Source: an uncultured virus (IMG/VR IMGVR_UViG_2847556114_000004) (Duplodnaviria; Heunggongvirae; Uroviricota; Caudoviricetes). Taken from it: DNA of 64,000 bases. Below the pieces are notes generated by a model. The model saw nothing but the letters and a program-made list of their open reading frames with translations, was not told the origin of the DNA and did no database searches. A program made the translations under genes and the position numbers. Where the stretch lies: the IMG/VR virus record IMGVR_UViG_2847556114_000004; one strand, 5' to 3'. Shown here piece by piece: positions 1 through 9,657 of the stretch; positions within the stretch are counted from its first letter, which is position 1; every line of letters begins with the position of its first letter.

Positions 1-339
1 ATGAAAAAAATCATTCTCTCTTTACTACTACTGGCAAGTTCAGGGGCCGCGCTGGCAGCGCCACAGGTCATCACCGTCAGCCGTTTTGAGGTTGGCAAAG
101 ATAAATGGGCGTTTAATCGGGAAGAGGTGATGCTGACCTGCCGTGCAGGTCACGCGCTGTATGTCATCAATCCCAGCACGCTGGTGCAATATCCATTGAA
201 TGATGTTGCCAGAGAACAGGTTGCGAGCGGTAAAACCACGGCGAAGCCGATTGAGATTATCCAGATTGATGACCCAACGAAACCGGGTGAAAAAATGAGC
301 CTGGCGCCGTTTGTTGAGCGTGCAGAAAAACTCTGTTAA
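1..339 (+). CDS. yebY: YebY family periplasmic protein (host)
   Basis: Signal peptide then '[24 protein letters not shown]'; lies next to sdsR as in enterobacteria. Confidence 0.9.
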   Translation: MKKIILSLLLLASSGAALAAPQVITVSRFEVGKDKWAFNREEVMLTCRAGHALYVINPSTLVQYPLNDVAREQVASGKTTAKPIEIIQIDDPTKPGEKMSLAPFVERAEKLC

Positions 340-372
340 TTGTCAGATGTAGCGTTCTGATTTCCAATAAAA

Positions 373-408
373 AAACCGCAGGATCTCACAGGAGAACTTG
401 CGGTTTTT
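373..408. terminator. Intrinsic terminator after yebY (possibly bidirectional)
   Basis: aaaccgca...tgcggttttt hairpin flanked by A and T runs. Confidence 0.6.
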
Positions 409-494
409 ACATTTGGTCGTGTAACAAACTGCCTTTTTTTCCGGCCACTTTAGTCGCGGACTGGAAAACCTGGCGCTGTCATCTATTCTTAAAT

Positions 495-598
495 GGCAGG
501 GTAACTTAGCCTGCATTAATGCCAACTTTTAGCGCACGGCTCTCTCCCAAGAGCCATTTCCCTGGACCGAATACAGGAATCGTATTCGGTCTCTTTTT
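495..598 (+). ncRNA. sdsR: SdsR (RyeB) sRNA; SraC/RyeA expected antisense
   Basis: Matches recalled SdsR sequence GCCTGCATTAATGCCAACTTTTAGCGCACGGCTCTCTCCCAAGAGCCATTTCCCTGGACCGAATACAGGAATCGTATTCGGTCTCTTTTT; 3' hairpin is its terminator. Confidence 0.9.
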
Positions 599-602
599 AT
601 CT
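573..602 (+). other. attL core of prophage 1 inside the sdsR 3' end
   Basis: acaggaatcgtattcggtctctttttatct recurs at 51126; identity starts exactly at 573/51126; cacgaaa repeats (candidate arm sites) follow. Right edge of core is approximate. Confidence 0.85.
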
Positions 603-675
603 ATCTGTTTTCATTGGGTTTTTTCGGTGCTTTCACGAAATCCCACGAAAATTACTCGAAATTTCCATATCCTGT

Positions 676-1761
676 CTAAACCATAACATATTCTGCACCG
701 CGTGCGTCCAGGTATTTTTTGGTCATTGTTAAATTTTTATGCCCCAGCAGTCTCTGTGCGAAATCCTCTCCGCGCTCTCTTTCATAGAGTCTGCTCGCCA
801 AGCTCCTGATCTCATGGAACGGGGGAGGGTTGGGGCCAAACTTTAACTCTGTGGAATCCCTGATATCAGAAAATGCTTGGGTGATTCCGTCCGGGGTTAA
901 CGGACCTGGCTTCCTGCCGCCACGCCTTACCGCAGAATAAAGCATGAAGTCTGACGGGTTGTTTTTACGACAACGGTCGATAATATCCTGCAGCACCAAA
1001 TCAGCAGAGTCCAGTCGCAAATCAAGTGGCAACGCCAATTTGTGACCTGTCTTTTCCTGCGTCACAAACAACCTTCCATCCCTGATATCGCTGAATCTGA
1101 ACAACGATACGTCCTCTCTTCTCTGCCCGGTGACCAGCGCCAGGTCACATGCATTTGCAGCCCATCCAGAATGAGCGGTTGCGGCATCCCTTATTATCTC
1201 AAACTGCTCGAGTAAAAGACGCTCACGCTTAACTTTTGGCGTCGGCGTTCTTGTCGGCTCTGCCGGGTTCCTTTCAATATGTCCCTCGACGATCGCCTCC
1301 CTGAAAATATCCAACAATACCGAACGCAGGCCTGAGGCCATACTCTTCTTATCGCAGAGTATGTAACTCTCCAGGAAAGTAGATACATCCTTCGTGCTGA
1401 CCGACGATAGCAGCATACGTCCGAATTCATCACTGATAGTGGCGATCTGATTGCGCCTGACCTTCATCGTGTTGGGCTTCAATTCTCTTCGCTCAAGAAT
1501 TACTTCGTAGCGCTCGAGCCACGCTTTAACCGTAAACGTTGGTGTTTCCTTTATGCGGTCAAGCAGCGCTGACGGAAGGTAATTTTGGTCGATGTAGTTG
1601 TTGGCCTCGATGGCCTGAGAAATGGCGTCCTTTCTGTCGATCCGGCCAAGAGATAATTCTTGACCGGTAATCGGGTTTCGCCAGCTATAAAGCCTGTCTC
1701 TTTTACGATAGGTCAGGTTACGGGGCAGGTTAGCGTCGTAACGTACTGGCCTTTTCGCCAT
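676..1761 (-). CDS. int: Tyrosine integrase (lambda Int-like, N-terminal arm-binding domain)
   Basis: TGQRREDV, FHEIRSL, LLGH...Y catalytic motifs; adjacent to att. Confidence 0.95.
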   Translation of the reverse strand: MAKRPVRYDANLPRNLTYRKRDRLYSWRNPITGQELSLGRIDRKDAISQAIEANNYIDQNYLPSALLDRIKETPTFTVKAWLERYEVILERRELKPNTMKVRRNQIATISDEFGRMLLSSVSTKDVSTFLESYILCDKKSMASGLRSVLLDIFREAIVEGHIERNPAEPTRTPTPKVKRERLLLEQFEIIRDAATAHSGWAANACDLALVTGQRREDVSLFRFSDIRDGRLFVTQEKTGHKLALPLDLRLDSADLVLQDIIDRCRKNNPSDFMLYSAVRRGGRKPGPLTPDGITQAFSDIRDSTELKFGPNPPPFHEIRSLASRLYERERGEDFAQRLLGHKNLTMTKKYLDARGAEYVMV

Positions 1762-2002
1762 GAGTCAGTCTCTCCAGTAGAGTGCCGCCAGTTGGCAGCG
1801 CTAAGCGTTTTGATTTGGGACGAAGGTTCTTTTTGCTCGGATCCACATAGATGGCGTCAGGCTGAACCTTATATTCTTTTCCGTGAAGTTCCGGAGCAGG
1901 GTAAATGCGCCCCTCCCGCGCCCAGCGGCGAAGTGTTGAAAGAGACGGCGGGGTTGAATAAGTCGAATTCGCCCATTCCTGCAGATTAAGAAGCTTGGCC
2001 AT
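1730..2002 (-). CDS. xis: Excisionase
   Basis: 'LQEWA...SLSTLRRWAREGRIYPAP' lambda Xis-like; overlaps int start. Confidence 0.9.
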   Translation of the reverse strand: MAKLLNLQEWANSTYSTPPSLSTLRRWAREGRIYPAPELHGKEYKVQPDAIYVDPSKKNLRPKSKRLALPTGGTLLERLTHGEKASTLRR

Positions 2003-2065
2003 ACTACCTCCGGATCCGGCAACTCATTATAGAGCTGCCGGAAAACTGTTAATGAAATATCGTTA

Positions 2066-2308
2066 TCAAGAAACCTGACCCGGCAGTGCGCGCAGCCGGC
2101 GCATACCTGTCATCGCCGTGGCCACGTAGCTGGCCTTGCGGTTCACTACTTCTACCCAGACCTTCACGCCTTCAACTCTCACCGTGTACGTCTCTTTCAT
2201 CTTGCTACGCCCGTAGTCGCCGTAGCGTTGCTGGTGGGTAGCCAGTGCGATGTCGCATGCCTGGCGTGCTAATGGGGATTGCTGATTTCCGCGGTTAATT
2301 AGTCGCAT
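2066..2308 (-). CDS. DUF4060-like phage protein
   Basis: MRLINRG...VKVWVEVVNRKASYVATAM; start chosen at ATG 2308. Confidence 0.65.
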   Translation of the reverse strand: MRLINRGNQQSPLARQACDIALATHQQRYGDYGRSKMKETYTVRVEGVKVWVEVVNRKASYVATAMTGMRRLRALPGQVS

Positions 2309-2498
2309 GGTCACCGCCTTCTGGGTTGGATGGTTGACGGAAAACCGCTCGGGATGGCGACCAGTCGCAATATGCATCGGTTTCGGTATGCCCGAAAATT
2401 GCCTTACAGCGACGGATATGGGCGCAGTCGCCGCAGGTCTTACCCTTCGGGAGTTGCATTTTGTCGGGGTCTGCCGGGTTATAATTCAGCTCAGTCAT
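2295..2498 (-). CDS. Small Cys-rich phage protein
   Basis: MTELNYN...CGDC...C...C; overlaps both neighbours. Confidence 0.6.
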   Translation of the reverse strand: MTELNYNPADPDKMQLPKGKTCGDCAHIRRCKAIFGHTETDAYCDWSPSRAVFRQPSNPEGGDHATN

Positions 2499-2835
2499 TC
2501 CAGGCCTCCAGCTCGTTCTGAATCTCTTCGTCGATCTCGTCGTTGCTGGCATCTTCATTGAGGTAGCTCAACGCTTCTTTTCGGTACTGCTTACGACGTT
2601 GGTCATACCAGGCAGAGAACGCAGGTGACCAACCGCGACCATTACCTTGAAAATCAACCAGAGCGTTGTCCTCAGCCATACGCTCAACCATGCAGTCGGC
2701 AGTTGTCAGGGCGCATTCCCGGATGTAACCGCGGAGGTGGTGTTTGCGCCACCAAGGACTTACTTTCGAGTCGCAACGGCCTTTGAACTCAATTTCCCAG
2801 CGACGGATGCAGCGCGCGTTTAAAGATTTACTCAT
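2491..2835 (-). CDS. Hypothetical phage protein
   Basis: 114-aa ORF in early leftward operon, RBS upstream. Confidence 0.65.
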   Translation of the reverse strand: MSKSLNARCIRRWEIEFKGRCDSKVSPWWRKHHLRGYIRECALTTADCMVERMAEDNALVDFQGNGRGWSPAFSAWYDQRRKQYRKEALSYLNEDASNDEIDEEIQNELEAWND

Positions 2836-2869
2836 ATCGTTACCGGGAGGACGAACCCTCCCGCCTCCC

Positions 2870-3961
2870 TTAGGCCACGTATTCCGGTTTCATATCCGCC
2901 AGGGTGATGCTGAACTGATCGTGCAGCTCGTCGCCCATGTGACGCTTATTGGTTGCCAGCACTCGCTCAACTTCGGCGAATCGTTCTGCTGCGCCCGGTT
3001 CATCCGGAGACGGCAGGGAGTTGATCGCGGCTTCAACCTTGTTACGTGAATCAACCAGGTAGTAGCGCTTCACCGCTTTGTTCTTCAGTTCGGTGAACAG
3101 GGCAGAACCGAGCGTGACCTTCGCGCTTTCGATATCAGCGCGCAGTGCTTTGGCGCTATCAACATCCTGTGCAGCATCGATGCGTTCGCGGAAATCATCG
3201 GCCAGTGAGCCGATATTTACCGATGATTCCTGTGCGCTTTGCGTAGTTGTGACGGTGTCACCTGCGATTTCAGCAACGCTCATTCGTTGGGCTGAGCCAG
3301 GGTTAATAACTTTTTCTTCTCGTTCTTCGACTTCATCGGCACTGTAAACACCAAGAATCACATCAGGGCAGTACAAGCGAGCCCAGCGCTTTACCGCGAG
3401 ATAAGCGAGCTGCTGACGCGGATCACTTGCCCATAGTGTCGAATTACGAACCTGAGCCTGAGAAAGCATGAGTACCAGTTCGCGTGGCTCATCCTCGCCT
3501 TTCATCGTTGCCCACACACGAATTCCTACACCGGCCTCATCCTTTAAATCCCAACCGGGCGCGATGTACTTATTGCCTTTAGAACTGGTTCTCTCTACAA
3601 ATCGACCAATGATGTTTTCCCATGGTCCAAACCAATCGTAATGAAGGCGATCTTTTGTAGGCGACATGTTGGTAACAACCGCATTAACCAGTTGAGCTTC
3701 GTAACCCAATACTCCGCTATTACCGACGATGTGGGTCTTCTGAGCTACGGCAAACGGGTCCATACCCCATCGTGCGGCCTGCATGACCACAGCCATGCAG
3801 GCATCTGGTTTTCCGCGGAAGTGGTCAGGTACAAAAGCGCCACTATTTGCCATCACTGTCGACAAGGTGCGTAGGCGGTCGAAAAGTTCCCCATTAGTCA
3901 AAATTGAGATGTTATCGATCATTTGCGTCTTGTTTTCGTTGGTAGTAATTGCAGTAGACAT
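2870..3961 (-). CDS. recT: RecT-family single-strand annealing protein with C-terminal extension
   Basis: 'VPDHFRGKPDACMAVVMQAARWGMDP', 'WARLYCPDVILGVYS'; follows recE. Confidence 0.85.
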   Translation of the reverse strand: MSTAITTNENKTQMIDNISILTNGELFDRLRTLSTVMANSGAFVPDHFRGKPDACMAVVMQAARWGMDPFAVAQKTHIVGNSGVLGYEAQLVNAVVTNMSPTKDRLHYDWFGPWENIIGRFVERTSSKGNKYIAPGWDLKDEAGVGIRVWATMKGEDEPRELVLMLSQAQVRNSTLWASDPRQQLAYLAVKRWARLYCPDVILGVYSADEVEEREEKVINPGSAQRMSVAEIAGDTVTTTQSAQESSVNIGSLADDFRERIDAAQDVDSAKALRADIESAKVTLGSALFTELKNKAVKRYYLVDSRNKVEAAINSLPSPDEPGAAERFAEVERVLATNKRHMGDELHDQFSITLADMKPEYVA

Positions 3962-3973
3962 GTTCTTTTCCCC

Positions 3974-6802
3974 TTATGCCTGAGTACGCAGCGCTTCAAG
4001 GCGGCGCAGGTCGAAGTCGTTCAGTTCGTCGGTGTAATCAGCGGTGATCGGCGCTGGCCATTCGCCAGTGTCAAAGCCGGTAGCGATAGCGCGCATCGCC
4101 TTGCGGTACTCGAGCATGCCCAGTTCCAGCAGTTCGGCGGATGCCTCGATGATGGCGATCCAGTGATAGTTCTCGTCTTTGTTGACGAAAATCCAGAAGA
4201 ACTGGTCCAATGCTGCGGTCTCGCAATACATGGCGGCGCTCAGGTGGTAATCACGGTCGATGATTTCCCGGTGCAGTTTGGCGCGCAAACCTTCCTGTTT
4301 AATGTTCCACATGCTGATGGTTTTCAGGTCGGCACCGATGCGAACGCCGTCCAGGTCGATCTCCAGATCAGGACGAACGCGGACTTCCAGACCGGTTTCG
4401 TCGTCAAAGCCAAAGTAGCTCACCTCAACAGCGCGGCTCGGATGCTGAAGCAGCATGCCTGCAGTTGGGTGTTGGAGCAGGGCTTTCTGAATGGCCAGTG
4501 CGGTGCTCAGTTGCTGACGGGTGACCAGCACTTTTCCTTGCGGATTCTCGCGCCAAGCATCCAGCAATTCGTCGGCGAAGACGGCGTCCGGATTAACAGA
4601 CTTCACGGCCTGTATCAGGTCTGATTTGGTACCGGACACTTTCAGTGGTTGGGGCTTCTGCGCCTCCTGTGCAACCAAGTCAGGATTGATGATTGCCAGT
4701 TGCTCGAGCAGCGCGTCACGGCTACCGCTGGTTTTCACCTGCGGCGGCAGGGTGGCGTTGTATTCTTTGATGCAGGCTTTCATCGCCGCTGCGGTTTGTT
4801 TCTGGCCATCTTCAATTCGCTGGAACTCCGCGGGCAGCGCTATGTAACTCTGTCCGGTTTCTTCAAGCGAAGCGCCGAGCGGCACCTGCGGCGGCAGGGT
4901 GGCGTTGTATTCTTCCAGCAGCGCTTTGATGTCGTCGGCAGACAGCAGCGCCGGCAGGCTAGCGTTGTGCTCATCGATAAACGCGCGGATCGTTGCCGTC
5001 GTGGTGAACGCACCTTCCGGGATTACAGGTTCAACGCTGAATTCGGCGTCCAGTTGTTCTGGTTGCAGCGCCAGCGCATGCACCAGGTTGCCCATGTCCA
5101 GCACCGGAGAGCGCTCTTTGACGATGGTCTTCTCTACGTGGCGGGCATTGAAGTACATCAGGGACACGCGCGCGTCTTTCACCTGCGTGGAGCTGATGCC
5201 GTTGGCGCCGTGGTAAACCTCGTTCGGCAGACCTTCATAACGGCCAGGTTCGAAGTAAGCAGGGTACACAACAGCCGGTTCGTCTGATTGCGTTTCTGGC
5301 TCGGTTTGCGCAGCAACTGGTTCGGCTTGGTTTACAGAATCGCTATTTTGGACGACAGAGTCCGCATTCTGGTTTACATCGGCTTGCTGGCCGGTATGTG
5401 ACTCTTCACCAGTTTCCAGACTGCTTTCGCCTGGCTGCACTTCATTACCAGCCTGTTCTTCATCACTGAAAGTTTCTTCCATCTGCACATTGCTGGTGGT
5501 TTCCTCTTTAACTGGTGAACGGTCATCTTTTTGTTGGTCGTTTGATGCGAGGTCTTCTGTGATCCATTTCGGGTCTGTAGGGTCACTAATCCCCTCAACA
5601 TATTCGCCGCGGGAAGCTGCAAGAATTTTGTTTACCTCTTCAGCCGTTACTTTTTCCTGTTTCATAGGTACAGGCATAGACGAACGACCGCAGGCTATAT
5701 CAACGAGCAACGGATCTGGGTTTGTGTGGTCGGTTTCCGTCAGTACTCTATTCAAATATTCTTGGTGTTTTACAGGATCAGCATAAAGCCCCTCTGGTGT
5801 GGTTTTTACTGTTGCAATGATGCAGGCACGTGAGTAGTCCAGGCCACCAGGAATTGAAACGAATCTCTCTCGAGTCGCCAGCCATTCGGGATCGTCCATC
5901 TTATTCATGATGGAGTTTGCCTGTAGTTCTATATCCAGAGGGACGTTGTAAATATCAAATTCGCGGTCACGGGCACGTAACGCCAGAGCAATCTCATGCT
6001 CCAGACCGAGAATGGTTTGCGGGAATTTTCGGTCAGAGACAATGCCGCCGCCGGCGTTCGCACCTGAAGGTGTGCGATTAATGGTTGTTACACGATTGCC
6101 TTTCTGCCATTCCTTGACCAGCAGGCCGCGATCGATGTATTCAGTTTTGAACCACACCGTCAGGAACTGGATAACTGTTGCCAGCTCCGGTTTCTTACCG
6201 TCGACAGGGAAGACTTTCTTAACGGCATTCACGACTTTATGAATATCGTGCTCAATGGCTTTTTTGAATGCTTCCACATTCTCAGCTGCCAGCAGCAAGT
6301 TCTGGACGTACGCGTCATCGGTGTCCATCTCAAGGCGGACAATCTCATTTTTCTGCGCGGCATCGACGTGATAGAGGTATTCACCATCACCGATGAACTG
6401 AGCCAGTACGCGCTGACGGAATGGCAGGGTGGCAACAACGGTCAGATTCGGTTGCTCTGCCTGCTGAGATTCTTCTGCGGCGCTGTCTTCAGTATCCGCG
6501 TCGTCGACAGACTCATCTTCAGCCTGTTGTTTAACATTCCAGGTGCGCTGGTCTTCGGCAAGTTCGTAACGATCGCACCAGGTGAAATCAACTTCACCTT
6601 CTTCCGGAAGGTCATCAACAACCGGGAAATCAGTGCGAATTGGTTTGGCGTAGTCCTTGCCACGGCCCGTTTCGATGCCAGCATCTTCCAGCGCAACATC
6701 CAGCATCAGATTGGCGCGAGCCTCGGTTTTCGCAGTGAACCAGACCACTGCATCTTGCTTTCCGGATTTCTGAGTGGCTTTAACCACATTAAAGAATTCC
6801 AT
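3974..6802 (-). CDS. recE: RecE-family exodeoxyribonuclease VIII
   Basis: C-terminal PD-(D/E)xK 'VRPD...ADLKT...YHLSAAMY'; Rac/Gifsy-type long N-terminus. Confidence 0.9.
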   Translation of the reverse strand: MEFFNVVKATQKSGKQDAVVWFTAKTEARANLMLDVALEDAGIETGRGKDYAKPIRTDFPVVDDLPEEGEVDFTWCDRYELAEDQRTWNVKQQAEDESVDDADTEDSAAEESQQAEQPNLTVVATLPFRQRVLAQFIGDGEYLYHVDAAQKNEIVRLEMDTDDAYVQNLLLAAENVEAFKKAIEHDIHKVVNAVKKVFPVDGKKPELATVIQFLTVWFKTEYIDRGLLVKEWQKGNRVTTINRTPSGANAGGGIVSDRKFPQTILGLEHEIALALRARDREFDIYNVPLDIELQANSIMNKMDDPEWLATRERFVSIPGGLDYSRACIIATVKTTPEGLYADPVKHQEYLNRVLTETDHTNPDPLLVDIACGRSSMPVPMKQEKVTAEEVNKILAASRGEYVEGISDPTDPKWITEDLASNDQQKDDRSPVKEETTSNVQMEETFSDEEQAGNEVQPGESSLETGEESHTGQQADVNQNADSVVQNSDSVNQAEPVAAQTEPETQSDEPAVVYPAYFEPGRYEGLPNEVYHGANGISSTQVKDARVSLMYFNARHVEKTIVKERSPVLDMGNLVHALALQPEQLDAEFSVEPVIPEGAFTTTATIRAFIDEHNASLPALLSADDIKALLEEYNATLPPQVPLGASLEETGQSYIALPAEFQRIEDGQKQTAAAMKACIKEYNATLPPQVKTSGSRDALLEQLAIINPDLVAQEAQKPQPLKVSGTKSDLIQAVKSVNPDAVFADELLDAWRENPQGKVLVTRQQLSTALAIQKALLQHPTAGMLLQHPSRAVEVSYFGFDDETGLEVRVRPDLEIDLDGVRIGADLKTISMWNIKQEGLRAKLHREIIDRDYHLSAAMYCETAALDQFFWIFVNKDENYHWIAIIEASAELLELGMLEYRKAMRAIATGFDTGEWPAPITADYTDELNDFDLRRLEALRTQA

Positions 6803-6941
6803 GTGAGATCCTCATTTTTGGGTGTTAGAATCCCCGGGCCATTGATAGCGCCCATTGGGTTAACTTTGGTTTTGATGTTGTTTCCGGTGTAACTTTGGTC
6901 GGTGGCACCGGACGTAGATCCCGCCTTGCGCGGGGTGTACG

Positions 6942-7103
6942 TTAGCCTTCGTGAGCCATCTGGTCGTGCGAAGCGCAACGTTTGGAGCAATACTCTTTTT
7001 CTTTGCGCGCCAGCTGTGAGCCGTTGCGATAGAGAAGGGTGCTCTTGATTACTTCCTCCGTTTTAACCGGCTTGCCGCAATATCCGCATTTCTTGTCTAA
7101 CAT
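6942..7103 (-). CDS. YdaE-like Zn-binding protein
   Basis: Translated by hand: MLDKKCGYCGK...YCSKRCASHDQMAHEG; GGAGG RBS. Confidence 0.75.
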   Translation of the reverse strand: MLDKKCGYCGKPVKTEEVIKSTLLYRNGSQLARKEKEYCSKRCASHDQMAHEG

Positions 7104-7114
7104 GACATCCTCCG

Positions 7115-7321
7115 CTAGTGGCTGAGTCCATGCCCCAGACCGTTCAGATAAACTTCAACCAGCAAATCCTTGGTGTAAGTCATCTCCACGCCGCGGTGCA
7201 GATACAAACGTCCGCGAGCGTTAGCTGATGCCGTCCAGGTTGAGTCTTTGTGTTTGACGAGCATCCCCGGCTGAACTGCGCCGCGGTTTACTGTCTGTGT
7301 ACCGTAGTGCTGATGAACCAT
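7115..7321 (-). CDS. KilR-like cell division inhibitor
   Basis: MVHQHYGT...V.PG...H...T..ASAN resembles Rac KilR; first gene of the leftward operon. Confidence 0.65.
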   Translation of the reverse strand: MVHQHYGTQTVNRGAVQPGMLVKHKDSTWTASANARGRLYLHRGVEMTYTKDLLVEVYLNGLGHGLSH

Positions 7322-7499
7322 GATGTTCTCCACTATTGCTGAGTGAACTTCGCTGGTGGTGCCGTGACGCTGATCTTCACAGTTGAGCGTTTTAACTCTG
7401 CAATTCACCACCGCGAAGCTCACTTCTGTATTTGCCCTTGTCGCCAGGCTGGCGGAACGTTTGAACTTGATGCGCTTAGTGTTTCGCGATGAGGTAAGG

Positions 7500-7538
7500 A
7501 TAACTATAGTTATCGATATTGTCCATAACTTAACTTAT
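7500..7538. promoter_or_regulatory. OL operators of prophage 1
   Basis: ATAACTATAGTTAT (7500) and ATAACTTAACTTAT (7525); same ATAAC-N4-GTTAT consensus as OR. Confidence 0.75.
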
Positions 7539-7647
7539 AAAAATGGGAATTGAGTTATATGTGCATAATAACAAAGGGAATTTAATTTTATAAAAATGGG
7601 GTATGGATAGCAGAAGTGGATTTATTGCTTTAGGATGGCGAAGGAGA

Positions 7648-7667
7648 AACCGGCCATGAGGCCGGTT
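7648..7667. terminator. Hairpin ending the cI-linked transcript
   Basis: aaccggcc-atga-ggccggtt just after the 7671 stop. Confidence 0.55.
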
Positions 7668-7670
7668 ATG

Positions 7671-8825
7671 TTATTGCTTCTTGCGGAAATTTTCGTCGTT
7701 TTTTACGTACTCAAAAGAATCAAGAACTAATCCCGATATCCTCAAAATATCCTCAGGATTATCCATGTAAATCCTTGAAGCATCGCAGGTTAATCCTGCT
7801 CTAGAGATTTCATTAATTGTTATGTCATTCAAATCTATAGGTAGTTGGATCGATGATTTCGATTTCTTATCATAGTAGCGAACTATCCAGCGGTTCGTTT
7901 TACCCTGGAAGAGAACACCGAAGTACGATGCAGTGTCTTTGTATTGAATGTCGTGCTCAAATCCAATGATTGATACGATTTTATCAAAGAGCTGCCTTTC
8001 GTTATGAGTAGTAACAATATTAGGATTATCTGGGTCTACAACATCCGCTTGTGCATCGGACTTTTCTTGTTCGTTCTCGTCATGAACTTCATCGTGCAAG
8101 GATTCTGTTGGGTTTTTTCCAGATAGCCCAGAAACTACCATGGCACTTACTGATAATTCTACTGCTTGTTTAACTAATGGTGTTATCGACTCAAGAAATC
8201 TTTGGTTCAATTGTCTTTCTACATTAGATCTGCTTGCTACATATCTAACAAATTCCTGGTCAACTTCTCGAAGGCTTGAACTTATTGTTTTAGTAAAAGC
8301 GGAAAGGTATACGCTTTCTTCTGCGAGGGTTCTTAAGGCTTCGGGCTTGAACTTGTCATGTCTAAATCTAAACAGTTGCTCAGCATCAGCGTCTGTAGCT
8401 TCATCCATTCTTATTTTTAAGAATGGAGTGGGGTCCATAATATTTTTCTCTTTTAGGTCAGTAAAAAATCTCCACTCAACTCCATTGGTTATGGCTGAGA
8501 TTGTTACCTCTGGGGTTGAGTTAAAATATCTTGATAACTGCGGGCAGTGATTATCAATTTTTTCTTTATAGGCTTTGGCTTCAATGAACATGACTGGAAT
8601 CCCTTGACAAAACAGGGCATAGTCAACCCGCTCATTAGCTTTCACCCCAGGAAAATCAGCACCATATTCAGCTTTTACTTTTTGTGGATCGTATGGACTA
8701 AAACCGAGAATATCCAAAAATGGTAAAATTAGTGCCTGCTTTGTTGTTTCTTCAGTAGTGCAATGCAGTCCAACGTTTTTAACATGATCACTATGAAGCT
8801 TTAACCTGTTTTTAAATGCATCCAT
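7671..8825 (-). CDS. HsdR N-terminal-like PD-(D/E)xK nuclease domain protein
   Basis: 'EETTKQALILPFLDILGF...V.AEY...RVDYAL...IEAK...QL..Y...ITNG..W.F'; AT-rich; directly downstream of cI. Confidence 0.8.
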   Translation of the reverse strand: MDAFKNRLKLHSDHVKNVGLHCTTEETTKQALILPFLDILGFSPYDPQKVKAEYGADFPGVKANERVDYALFCQGIPVMFIEAKAYKEKIDNHCPQLSRYFNSTPEVTISAITNGVEWRFFTDLKEKNIMDPTPFLKIRMDEATDADAEQLFRFRHDKFKPEALRTLAEESVYLSAFTKTISSSLREVDQEFVRYVASRSNVERQLNQRFLESITPLVKQAVELSVSAMVVSGLSGKNPTESLHDEVHDENEQEKSDAQADVVDPDNPNIVTTHNERQLFDKIVSIIGFEHDIQYKDTASYFGVLFQGKTNRWIVRYYDKKSKSSIQLPIDLNDITINEISRAGLTCDASRIYMDNPEDILRISGLVLDSFEYVKNDENFRKKQ

Positions 8826-8846
8826 TTGGGGTGTCCCATATCTGTG

Positions 8847-9548
8847 TTAATAGTCTAAAACTGACCACCAAAAAACCCTGCCTATAATTTCTATGTCTCC
8901 CAGATTTTTATCCTCAGATGGATACTCAGCACTGTTGTAACTGCGAATGCTGATCATCTCGGGTCCTGTGCGATAAAGCAGTTTAATTCTTTTCCACCCA
9001 TCTTCGTTGATGGCATACATTTTCCCATCAACGATTTTTTTATCTTTTGTGTTTACAGCGACCGTAGTGCCATCAGGAATATTGGGTTCCATACTATTTC
9101 CTCTCGCAGGGAAACATAGAACACCTGAGCCATCAGTGTTAGCACCTACCTTGCGCAGCGTCGCTTTCGAAAACCTCAGTTTAAAACCGTTGTAATCCTC
9201 GTCAGAAACCCTGCCGTCACCACAAGCAAACTCTATATCTCTCAAAAAGGGGATCTCCACTTCATCTTCAGGAAGCGGTGTGTTTCTGTCCCATGAGTCA
9301 ATTTTCCCCCACTCTTTCTCTGGTGGGATGTTGTCTTCATGACGCATCGGACCGCTTCCTGCGCTCAGCCATTCAGGTCTGACGCTTAGCGCACGCGAAA
9401 GCTCAACCATCTTACGGCTGCCATTTGTCTTTCCTGATGTCATTTTTTGAATCGCCGGTTGTGAGAGTCCAACACGTTCAGCTAGCTGCCCTTGGGACAA
9501 GCCTGCTGCAGTCATGGCGGCGATTAATCGTTCTGCGAAGGTTTTCAT
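8847..9548 (-). CDS. cI: CI-like repressor (HTH + S24 autoprotease)
   Basis: N-terminal HTH, ACG cleavage-type site, GNSMEP serine and KRIK lysine. Confidence 0.92.
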   Translation of the reverse strand: MKTFAERLIAAMTAAGLSQGQLAERVGLSQPAIQKMTSGKTNGSRKMVELSRALSVRPEWLSAGSGPMRHEDNIPPEKEWGKIDSWDRNTPLPEDEVEIPFLRDIEFACGDGRVSDEDYNGFKLRFSKATLRKVGANTDGSGVLCFPARGNSMEPNIPDGTTVAVNTKDKKIVDGKMYAINEDGWKRIKLLYRTGPEMISIRSYNSAEYPSEDKNLGDIEIIGRVFWWSVLDY

Positions 9549-9559
9549 GTCGTCAATTT

Positions 9560-9622
9560 ATAACCGTGGTTATAGAAAGTAAAATAACAAATATTATGGA
9601 CTGCTGGCATAACTTAGGTTAT
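9560..9622. promoter_or_regulatory. OR operators of prophage 1 (three 14-bp sites)
   Basis: ATAACCGTGGTTAT 9560, ATAACAAATATTAT 9584, ATAACTTAGGTTAT 9609; 24-25 bp periodicity. Confidence 0.8.
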
Positions 9623-9657
9623 CTTTTCATTGTTAATCACCATTCGAGGAATGATTT

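Noticed and set aside
7343..7462. Naming the leader as HK022 put or DicF
   Set aside because: It does not match my recollection of either sequence; left unnamed pending an Rfam search.
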